From assembly GCA_963699755.1 (NCBI GenBank), contig CAVOVB010000007.1, forward strand, positions 160,001 through 224,000: a stretch of 64,000 bases of DNA, in the 5' to 3' direction. The notes under the pieces were generated by a model. The model ran no database searches. It had not been told where the DNA came from and worked only from the letters and a program-made list of their open reading frames with translations. The stretch is from an uncultured delta proteobacterium. Lineage in GTDB: Bacteria > Myxococcota_A > Polyangia > Polyangiales > Houyiibacteriaceae. Shown piece by piece: positions 56,043 through 64,000 of the stretch. The number at the start of each line of letters is the position of its first letter. Positions within the stretch are counted from its first letter, which is position 1. Position numbers and translations under genes: made by a program.

Positions 56043-57410
56043 GTGTTCGGGAAAGTCCTCATTGCCAATCGGGGAGAGATCGCGGTTCGCGTGATTCGCT
56101 CATGTCGTGAGCTCGGTCTGCGAACGGTTGCCGTGCACAGCGAAATCGACGCGGACGCCTTGCACACCCGGCTGGCCGATGAAGCCATTTGCATCGGGCC
56201 TGCCGATCCGAGCCGCAGCTACTTGCACATCCCCGCGATCATTGCGGCGGCTGAGATTACGGGCGCCGACGCGGTTCACCCCGGCTACGGCTTCCTATCG
56301 GAAAACCCGGAATTCGCCGAAACCTGCGCACAATGCGGGCTTCTATTCATCGGACCGCTTCCCGAACAGATGCGCCTCTGGGGTGACAAGGTGAGCGCTC
56401 GAGCGCTGGCGAAGTCTCTGGGCCTTCCAATTATCGAGGGAACCGAGCTCATCGAGGACATCGAGGATGCGGTTAGAAAAGCGGAGTCACTAGGTTTTCC
56501 GGTGCTCCTGAAAGCATCGGGCGGTGGCGGCGGCCGCGGCATGCACGTCTTGCAATCGAAAGAAGCACTGCGAGCAGTATTCGAAACTGCTCGCGCCGAA
56601 TCCCGAGCCGCTTTCGGGAACGACTCACTCTACTTCGAGAAGTTCCTCGAGCGCCCGAGGCACATCGAATTTCAGATCCTCGGAGACATGCAGGGAAACA
56701 TTCGCGTGCTGGGCGAGCGCGAGTGCTCCATCCAGCGACGCCATCAGAAGATCCTCGAAGAGGCGCCGAGCGTGGCTCTAACGGACGAGATGCGGGACGA
56801 CGTCTCCGCCACCATCGAGCGCGCGATGCGCGAGGTTGGGTATCTATCCGCCGGGACGCTCGAGTTTCTGCTCGATGAGCGCGGCCAGCTGACTTTCCTC
56901 GAGATGAATCCGCGCATCCAAGTCGAGCATCCGGTGACCGAGCTCGTCATGGGCATCGACTTGATCGCTGAGCAAATTCGCATCGCGGACGGGCAGCCCC
57001 TGGAGCTGCCGCCGCAGCCACTCGCTCCACGAGGCCATGCGATCGAGTGCCGGATCAACGCCGAAGATCCAGACACCTTCGCGCCGTCGCCGGGCATGAT
57101 TACCGAGCTTCATATGGCAGGTGGAACGGGCGTCCGAGTCGATAGTGGGATCTTCGGAGGCGGGCGCGTACCCCCATATTATGACCCATTGGTCGCAAAG
57201 CTCATCGTACATGCGCGGACACGTGCCCAAGCCATCGCAAAGATGCGCCGAGCGCTCCGAGAGACGATCATCGGGGGCATTCGCACCAACATTCCGCTTC
57301 ACCAGAGGATTCTGGAGCACCCCGCGTTCGAAGAAGGCCGGATTTCCACGGGATTCCTCGATGACCTTCAGGCCCGGCGCATGTTGACCGCCCCCGTGCG
57401 GCATGAGTAG
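56043..57410 (+). CDS. accC: Biotin carboxylase
   Basis: LIANRGEIA; HPGYGFLSEN; GGGGRGM; RECSIQRRHQK; RIQVEH; ECRINAE. Confidence 0.97.
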   Translation: MFGKVLIANRGEIAVRVIRSCRELGLRTVAVHSEIDADALHTRLADEAICIGPADPSRSYLHIPAIIAAAEITGADAVHPGYGFLSENPEFAETCAQCGLLFIGPLPEQMRLWGDKVSARALAKSLGLPIIEGTELIEDIEDAVRKAESLGFPVLLKASGGGGGRGMHVLQSKEALRAVFETARAESRAAFGNDSLYFEKFLERPRHIEFQILGDMQGNIRVLGERECSIQRRHQKILEEAPSVALTDEMRDDVSATIERAMREVGYLSAGTLEFLLDERGQLTFLEMNPRIQVEHPVTELVMGIDLIAEQIRIADGQPLELPPQPLAPRGHAIECRINAEDPDTFAPSPGMITELHMAGGTGVRVDSGIFGGGRVPPYYDPLVAKLIVHARTRAQAIAKMRRALRETIIGGIRTNIPLHQRILEHPAFEEGRISTGFLDDLQARRMLTAPVRHE

Positions 57411-57453
57411 ACTTGTGTGGGTGTACTGAACGTACGGGGGCTTAGCAGGGGCT

Positions 57454-59652
57454 TTGGCGATCAACAGGAATAAGGTCTTGGACGCGGCGCGGACCTACCA
57501 GTCACGCGGTCAATACGACAAAGCGATCGCGCAGTACCAAAAACTGGTCGCTGCGGACAAGCGTGACGTTCGTTCCCTGCTGAAGATCGGTGATCTGCAT
57601 GTGCGCGCCGGCAACCGCCGTGCAGCCATCCAGACCTACGAGACCGTCGCGAACCACTACGCCGCACAGGGCTTCTTCTTGAAAGCGATCGCGGTGTACA
57701 AGCAGATCCTGAAGCTGGACCCGTCGAGACTCGATGCGCAGGTACGACTCGGCGAGATGTACGAGCACCTCCAACTGGTGAGCGACGCAATGAGCGTGTT
57801 CGAGGACGCGTCCAACGCCTTCATGCGCGCCGGCGATGCCGAGCAGGCACTGGTGATGCTCGGCAAGATCGTCGACATCGACCCGGAGCACATTCCCGTT
57901 CGCATCAAGTACGCCGAGGCGCTTTCACGGGCTGGGCGAACCCAGGAGGCGGCAAGCGAGTTCGAACAGGGTGCGGCCCTCTTGAAAGAACAGGGCCGAC
58001 TCGAAGACTACATCAAAGTCGCAGAGCGACTCTTGTACCACCGCGGCAACGATGTCCAGGTGGCCAAAGAGCTTGCCGAAACATACATCTCGCGTCGCGA
58101 TCCGAAGCGCGCACTCGCGAAGCTGCAAATCTGTTTCAAGGCAGACCCTCGCGATGTTTCGACCTTGTCGCTGCTCGCAGAAGCTTTCCTGATGCTGTCG
58201 CAGACCGATAAGGCAATCAGCGTGTATCGCGAAATCGCACGAATACACCGCGAGGCCCATCGGCCGCAGGAAAGAATGGGTGCTTTGCACCGCATCCTGC
58301 AGCTCAATCCGAACGACACAGAGGCACAGACGGCGTTGCAGAAGACCGCCTCGGCTTCGGGGCAGCATTTCATGCCGCCGAGCACGGCCCGTGAGCCTTC
58401 AGGGCTCGTCGGCTCGGCTTCAACGCAGAAGCCGAGCATCGCATCGCAGCTGAGCACCCAATCGGCCAGCCTGAGCTCGGCGTCCAATCTGAGCTACCAG
58501 CCCAGCGTCAGCGATGCTTCCAGCCTCACGGGTACGTCAGGCATCATGTTCGTCGAGGAAGACATCGAAGAGGGAAGCACCCTCAGCGGCTCGCTGCCCG
58601 CGCTCTCGGAGGAGCCTAGTGGGTTCGAAGGCTCTTACCCCTCGATCCCATCGGCTCCCCGCACGCCCGTCGGCGCACGCGTGATCCCCATGCGCACGAC
58701 CTCTCCGATGACGTATTCGGAGTTCCTCGCACTGCCACTGGTGGGCACCCGAGTCGCACCGGCTAGCGCTGCGACCGCGCCCAGCCTGATGGAACAGACG
58801 TTGGAGCTCGCCGACTCGTACTTGGTGGACGGCCTGTTCAGTCAAGCGCGTGCGATCGTCAGCGAGCTGCAGCTGACCCTTCCCAACCATCCCCTGGTGC
58901 TCGACAAAGCGCGCGAAATAGAAGCGCTGGCCGCCGCTTCTTCAGGCATCTCCGCAGTTGCGCAGCCACTGATTCAACCGGCCGCGCCCTCGGCCCCTTC
59001 ACATTCGATCTCCGACGCACCGGAGGTGGAGCTTGAATACGAAGAGCTCGAACCGGGCGACGAGGGTTTCGACTTCGCTGAGAGGCTCGCCGAGGAGCTT
59101 GCCGAGGTCGCGGACATCTCGCCGGTGGACGAAGGCGCCGAGATGATCGACGTCGATACCGTCTTCGAGCAGTTCAAGGCCGGCGTCGCGGAGCAGGTGG
59201 CCGACGACGACAGCGACACGCACTTCGATCTCGGCATTGCCTACAAAGAAATGGGACTGCATTCCGATGCGCGCAGAGAGTTCCAGGTCGCGATGAGCGA
59301 TCCCCGCCGGCGCTGCCTCTGCTGGACGATGATCGGCCTCATCTACATGGAAGAGGGCCAGACGCGCGACGCGATCGAAGCGTTCCAATCTGGTCTCGAA
59401 AGCCCGGAGAAGACCGCAACGGAATCGGTTGGATTGCACTACGAGCTCGGGGTCGCCTGCGAAGCCAGCGGCCTCACGGACCAGGCACGCCTGCACTATC
59501 AGTACGTTTTTCAGCGCGAACCGCGCTATCGCGAGGTCAATCATCGTCTGCTTCGTCTCGGCGGCCCGACCGAGAGCTCGGACGACGATTTGCTCCTCGA
59601 ATCGATGGACGATGTGAATCGAGCCTTCGACGAGTTGATCCATCAGGACTGA
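57454..59652 (+). CDS. sgmX: TPR protein, SgmX-like (type IV pilus polarity factor)
   Basis: N-terminal TPRs (YDKAI..Y.K; GFFLKAIA.YKQILKL.P); low-complexity linker; C-terminal THFDLGIAYKEMGL TPRs; directly after accC. TTG start. Confidence 0.7.
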   Translation: MAINRNKVLDAARTYQSRGQYDKAIAQYQKLVAADKRDVRSLLKIGDLHVRAGNRRAAIQTYETVANHYAAQGFFLKAIAVYKQILKLDPSRLDAQVRLGEMYEHLQLVSDAMSVFEDASNAFMRAGDAEQALVMLGKIVDIDPEHIPVRIKYAEALSRAGRTQEAASEFEQGAALLKEQGRLEDYIKVAERLLYHRGNDVQVAKELAETYISRRDPKRALAKLQICFKADPRDVSTLSLLAEAFLMLSQTDKAISVYREIARIHREAHRPQERMGALHRILQLNPNDTEAQTALQKTASASGQHFMPPSTAREPSGLVGSASTQKPSIASQLSTQSASLSSASNLSYQPSVSDASSLTGTSGIMFVEEDIEEGSTLSGSLPALSEEPSGFEGSYPSIPSAPRTPVGARVIPMRTTSPMTYSEFLALPLVGTRVAPASAATAPSLMEQTLELADSYLVDGLFSQARAIVSELQLTLPNHPLVLDKAREIEALAAASSGISAVAQPLIQPAAPSAPSHSISDAPEVELEYEELEPGDEGFDFAERLAEELAEVADISPVDEGAEMIDVDTVFEQFKAGVAEQVADDDSDTHFDLGIAYKEMGLHSDARREFQVAMSDPRRRCLCWTMIGLIYMEEGQTRDAIEAFQSGLESPEKTATESVGLHYELGVACEASGLTDQARLHYQYVFQREPRYREVNHRLLRLGGPTESSDDDLLLESMDDVNRAFDELIHQD

Positions 59653-59673
59653 GCCCTATACACTCGGCGGAGA

Positions 59674-61902
59674 ATGACCGAGACAGTGCAGACGTTTTGC
59701 CGGATTTGCGAGGCCCTTTGTGGGCTCGAGGTCACGGTAGATGGCGACCAGGTCGTCGACATCAGGCCCGACGACCAGCACGTGGCCACGCACGGGTACG
59801 GATGCCTCAAGGGACTCAAGCAGCATCGGTTATACGACACGCCCGATCGTCTGCTCTATCCGATGCAGCGCGTAGACGGGGAGCTTCGGCGCGTGAGCTG
59901 GGACGACGCGCTCAGTAGCATCGGCGGCAAGGTGCGGGAGCTAATCGACAATCACGGCCCCGACAGCATCGCGATGTACGTGGGCACTGCGGCTGGGTTC
60001 GGGGTGCTGCACCCGGTCTTCGCGCAGGGCTTCATGCAAGGCGTGGGCTCGGCGAGCATGTTCTCGTCGGCCACGCAGGATTGCGCGAACAAATTCTCAG
60101 TTGCACGCGAGGTGTATGGCTTCCCGTTCACGCAGCCGTTCCCCGACCTCGAACACCTGAACTGCCTGATCATCGTCGGCGCCAACCCAGCGATCTCGAA
60201 GTGGAGCTTTCTGCAAGTCTCGAACCCGATTCGTCGCCTCAAGGAAATCGAGGCCCGCGGCGCAAAGATTTTCATCGTCGATCCTCGCCGAACGGAAACC
60301 GCGAAAGTCGCTGGCGAGCACGTGTTCATAAGGCCGAACACCGACGTCTTCTTCTACCTTTCATTCTTGAACGAGATGCTCGCCACCGCCGAAATCGATC
60401 GGGCCCGAATCGACGAGTACATGACCGGCTTCGACGAGCTCTGTCGCGTGGCCGAGGCTTGGTCGCCCGAGCGCACCGCGGAAGTCACTCGCATTCCAGC
60501 CGAAACCCTGCGGGAGATGGTTCGCGTCTACCGTGAAGCCGACGGCGCCGCGCTGTATTGCTCGACCGGCGTGAACATGGGTACCAATGGCTCCCTCGCG
60601 TTTTGGTTGCAGGAGTGCATCAACGCGATCTCGGGCAACCTGGACCGCAAAGGCGGAACCCTGGTCAGCACTGGCGTCATCGACTTCGCTGCATTCGGCA
60701 AAAAGACCGGGGTGCTCTTGAGCGAAAACCAGAGTCGCATTGGCAAGTTCCGGTCGGTCAATGATTCGATGCCCGGCGGGATCCTGGCCGATGAGATCCT
60801 CACGCCCGGGGATCGGCAGATCAAAGCCCTCTTCGTGACAGGCGGCAATCCCTTGATCACCATGGCGAACTCGGAGCGCCTCCGCGATGCCTTCAAAGAG
60901 CTAGAGCTGCTCGTCGTCCTCGACATTCAGCCCAGCGAAACGGCATCCGTCGCGACTCACGTGCTTCCCTGCACCTCACCGTTTCAGCGGCCGGACCTTC
61001 CCTTCGTCTTCCCCTTGATGCTCGGGCTACAATTGAAGCCATATCTGCAGGCCACGCGCGCCATCGTTCCGCCCCAGGGTGAACAGCGTGACGAGGCAAG
61101 CATCTACGTAGACATCGCGAAGGCCAGTGGAGTGAAGCTCTGGGGCTCTGCGGCGGCACAGCGGATCTTCGAGGGTGCCAAGACCCTCAATTCGATCGGG
61201 CGCCGGCGGAAGCAACCCTCGATTCCGCAAGAGCTTCTGCTTTCGGGCCTTCTCCGCGCGACCAAGCAGGGAAGCTTCAAGAAGCTGCTGAAGGAAAAGC
61301 ACGGACGCCTCCGGCCCCAGCACGACCCAGGCAGCTTCCTAGGCAACCGCGTCGTGCACGACGATGGGAAGGTACATCTCGCACCCGAGGTGTTTCTGAA
61401 GCAGTCGCAGAAGCTCGAAGCGGACTTCCAACTCGAGCTCGACACGAAAGACAAGCTCAAGCTCATCACCAAGCGCGCCATCACCACACACAACTCCTGG
61501 ACCCACAACATCGAAGAGTTCGTTTCGCGAGAACGCGGGACCAATCACTTGTATATGCATCCCGAGGACGCGGCTCGCGCAGGGCTTGCGGAGGGTGACC
61601 TCGCCGACGTCTCGACGGACACCGGCGCGGTTCGCGTGCCGGTGAGGCTTCTTTCGGAGCTGATGCCTGGGTCGGTGGCTCTTCCGCATGGATGGGGCCA
61701 TCAGGACAGCAAGATGGGCGTCGCTAGCAAGACCAGCGGCGTCAACGTCAACCTGCTCGCGGCCGACGGCCCGGACAAGCTCGAGCGCGTTTCGGGAATG
61801 GCCAATCTCACCGGCTTCCTCGTTGAGGTGAAGCCCGCTGCGGGCGCTCTCAACCCCATGCATTGGTCGGGCATCGGCGCCGCTGAGGGCCGAGCACTCT
61901 AA
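59674..61902 (+). CDS. Molybdopterin (DMSO reductase family) oxidoreductase, cytoplasmic
   Basis: CRICEALC...C.KG [4Fe-4S] motif; GANP; DPRRTETA; NSW.HN; MHP.DA; PHGWGH; no Tat signal. Confidence 0.9.
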   Translation: MTETVQTFCRICEALCGLEVTVDGDQVVDIRPDDQHVATHGYGCLKGLKQHRLYDTPDRLLYPMQRVDGELRRVSWDDALSSIGGKVRELIDNHGPDSIAMYVGTAAGFGVLHPVFAQGFMQGVGSASMFSSATQDCANKFSVAREVYGFPFTQPFPDLEHLNCLIIVGANPAISKWSFLQVSNPIRRLKEIEARGAKIFIVDPRRTETAKVAGEHVFIRPNTDVFFYLSFLNEMLATAEIDRARIDEYMTGFDELCRVAEAWSPERTAEVTRIPAETLREMVRVYREADGAALYCSTGVNMGTNGSLAFWLQECINAISGNLDRKGGTLVSTGVIDFAAFGKKTGVLLSENQSRIGKFRSVNDSMPGGILADEILTPGDRQIKALFVTGGNPLITMANSERLRDAFKELELLVVLDIQPSETASVATHVLPCTSPFQRPDLPFVFPLMLGLQLKPYLQATRAIVPPQGEQRDEASIYVDIAKASGVKLWGSAAAQRIFEGAKTLNSIGRRRKQPSIPQELLLSGLLRATKQGSFKKLLKEKHGRLRPQHDPGSFLGNRVVHDDGKVHLAPEVFLKQSQKLEADFQLELDTKDKLKLITKRAITTHNSWTHNIEEFVSRERGTNHLYMHPEDAARAGLAEGDLADVSTDTGAVRVPVRLLSELMPGSVALPHGWGHQDSKMGVASKTSGVNVNLLAADGPDKLERVSGMANLTGFLVEVKPAAGALNPMHWSGIGAAEGRAL

Positions 61903-64000
61903 AAGACGGCGCGAAACGAGAGGTTCGGAAACCAGATCGCGGTGGTGTACCGGATCGGACAAGGCACCGGTGGAACGCCCACCCGAAACTGACACTGCGC
62001 GGGCGCCATCGCATCTGTCGAGTTGATCTCCTGCGCGTCTCGTGCCTGGGTGATGTTGATCCACTCGAGACCCACACGCATGCGCCGACCTGGCTTCGCC
62101 CACTCGTACGCGACTTGTGCATCGAGCCGAACGAACCAGGGAGTGCGCTGGAGATACTGCTGAACCTGACCCGTTGTGTCGTCGAGCCAGATCCAGCCTT
62201 CTGCACGACCGGACCAGGCGAATACGCGCCCGCTGATGATGAGACCGAACTTGGCTTGCCATGCTAGGACGGCATTTAGGACGTGGCGAACGTCGTAGGA
62301 CGGAGTGTAGTCGAAGGTCTGAGGGGGAGCTTCATCCAGCAACGCCGTCGCGGAAAGGTCACTGAAGCCGAGCGTATATCCGAGCAAGGTCGAGACCCCA
62401 ATATCGAAGGGACGCTGAAGCAAGAGCTCCAATCCGTAGCTTCTGCCGTCCGAGGAGTCGTCGATTCGGCCAGCAGGGTCGGGGAGGGCGGGGCCGTCGG
62501 GATTCCCGGCGACGATCTGCGGATCGGTGAAGATGTCGAGGAAGCGAAGATCCCGAAACACGTTGAGATAGCCGCGGGCCTCGAAGCTGAGATTGCGGGG
62601 AAGGAAGAAGCGAATTCCCCCCTCGGTCTGGCTGGCGCGCTGGAGGCCGGCCTCGAGTGGAACATCGCCGAGCCCGGGAAGCGGAATGGCAAAGGTCGCC
62701 GGCCGGAACCCAAGTCCCCATCCGAAAAAGAGGTCGGCAATCTCCTTCGCATGGAACGTTGCCCGCGCCCGCGGACTGACGCCGACGTTTCGATTGCTGC
62801 CCGTACTCCAGAGGTCTGCGCGGACACCAAGGGATAGATCCAGCCACGAAAGGGGTGAAAGGGTCGCATCGACGAACCCGCCTACAGTGGCTCGCCGATC
62901 TTGACCCAGGAAATTTGGATCGTCGCTCGCACAGGGGGCGGAAACGTTCGTGAGGCCATCCTGGGAACAGTTGACCGGACCAAAGAGGCCCACGGCGTCG
63001 GCGCCGAGACGGAGTTGGACTTTCGGTGCTCCATAGATGGCCCAGAACCTCGGTCCGAAGCGGTGAAGGCTCGCGTTTGCATCGGGGAGCGCGTTCCCCG
63101 AAGCGTCGTCGATATTCGAAAAGTCGTAGCCATATAGGATCGCGCCCCCGAGATCCCAGCGATTCACCTTGCCGATGAAACGCGCTTCCAGCCGATGGAA
63201 CTCGAGGTCCAAGCCCAGCGATTCGGTCGAATTCGAGGCGTCGAAAAGCGAATCGTCTCGCGCACCCACGGCCACCATTTCGAAGCGCGACCGGGCGCTC
63301 ATCGCCATGCCCGTCCGATATTGGTAGTCCCAGTAGCTGACGTTGGCGTCGACGTTGATCGCGCCGAGCAAGAGGTTGGGGAACCCATAGCGTCCCGCGA
63401 ACGTCATCGACCCTTCTTTGGGCATGGGCACATTGAGAAGAGCGGAGACGTCGATGGCGCGCAGCTCTGCTTCGCCGTGCACTCGGTCGGTCGAAATTCG
63501 GCGAGCCCTTCCGTCCACCACCCCCCCTGTGAAGCCGCCATAGCGTGCGGGCGCGGCCCCCGAATAGAGGTCGATGCCGCCGATTAGACCCGAATGCAGT
63601 GTCGCCGGACCGAGCGCAGAGTGGAAGAGCAAGGGAATCGGGATGTCATCGTAGAGATAGACCGTGCCCGATGGCGGCGCGCCACGCAGGTAGACATAGG
63701 GTTGACCGTTGGCGAGCGGAACGGTGCCGGGCAAGACTTCGAGAATTCGAAACGGCTCGCCGAACGTCCCAGGGATGTTCCGAATACCATCGAGCTCGAG
63801 CCTGAGCGGCACCTGCACCCGCGCGTCGACTTCGGCCGTTTCGGAGAATAGCAGCTCCTTTTCGAGATGAGTGCTTTCGGGCTCGAGCAGGGCTTCTCGC
63901 GCCTCGGAATCGGAGGCCTCATCCGCTGCTGTTTGCCTCACACGAAGGTCCACCCTGATCTGCGATGGTACGGGCATTCCGTCGCGCGTTGCCGGGACGA
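61899..64000 (-). CDS. TonB-dependent receptor-like outer membrane protein (5' end outside the window)
   Basis: Frame open to the window edge; plug motifs IPG..G.P, LPG, RG, PARYG..GGV; beta-barrel; C-terminal Phe. Confidence 0.75.
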   Translation of the reverse strand, partial: VPATRDGMPVPSQIRVDLRVRQTAADEASDSEAREALLEPESTHLEKELLFSETAEVDARVQVPLRLELDGIRNIPGTFGEPFRILEVLPGTVPLANGQPYVYLRGAPPSGTVYLYDDIPIPLLFHSALGPATLHSGLIGGIDLYSGAAPARYGGFTGGVVDGRARRISTDRVHGEAELRAIDVSALLNVPMPKEGSMTFAGRYGFPNLLLGAINVDANVSYWDYQYRTGMAMSARSRFEMVAVGARDDSLFDASNSTESLGLDLEFHRLEARFIGKVNRWDLGGAILYGYDFSNIDDASGNALPDANASLHRFGPRFWAIYGAPKVQLRLGADAVGLFGPVNCSQDGLTNVSAPCASDDPNFLGQDRRATVGGFVDATLSPLSWLDLSLGVRADLWSTGSNRNVGVSPRARATFHAKEIADLFFGWGLGFRPATFAIPLPGLGDVPLEAGLQRASQTEGGIRFFLPRNLSFEARGYLNVFRDLRFLDIFTDPQIVAGNPDGPALPDPAGRIDDSSDGRSYGLELLLQRPFDIGVSTLLGYTLGFSDLSATALLDEAPPQTFDYTPSYDVRHVLNAVLAWQAKFGLIISGRVFAWSGRAEGWIWLDDTTGQVQQYLQRTPWFVRLDAQVAYEWAKPGRRMRVGLEWINITQARDAQEINSTDAMAPAQCQFRVGVPPVPCPIRYTTAIWFPNLSFRAVF

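Overview
High-GC bacterial chromosomal DNA (visual estimate 60-65% GC), gene-dense, with about 58 CDS. I recognise no rRNA, tRNA, IS element, integrase or CRISPR array. The roadblock-aroQ-accB-accC-SgmX-like TPR block, the DUF1588/DUF1501 pair and the Gly-rich lipoproteins suggest Myxococcota (inference). Content in order: a DUF1588-like heme lipoprotein with a Tat-exported DUF1501 protein; a CarH-type B12 regulator with a YbjT-like SDR; a steroid-type oxygenase cluster (Rieske, HsaA-like, Rieske, hemerythrin, ferredoxin) preceded by two tandem perfect KstR-type boxes; a GMC pair; an ATP-grasp ligase with an M14 hydrolase; a patatin lipase; a sulfane-sulfur cluster (SulP, two YeeE, PDO-rhodanese, TauE); an actinobacteria-like lipid cluster (OYE, APH, AMACR, hydrolase, WS/DGAT); a 9.7 kb multiheme cytochrome locus; an ArsR-controlled MMPL/LolA-like/OM/DUF2892 operon; a two-component system with a shared candidate binding box; a Mo-oxidoreductase; and a 5'-truncated TonB-dependent receptor. 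The standout is 35030-44724. It encodes four multiheme cytochromes (10+20+8+29 = 67 CxxCH motifs counted by eye), a beta-barrel, a His-rich membrane protein and a circularly permuted Fe-S/TrxR-like flavoprotein, which together look like a modular trans-envelope electron conduit unlike MtrCAB. All family assignments are by motif recognition; no database search was run. Many starts were adjusted from the ORF track using RBS, gene-overlap and signal-peptide logic.
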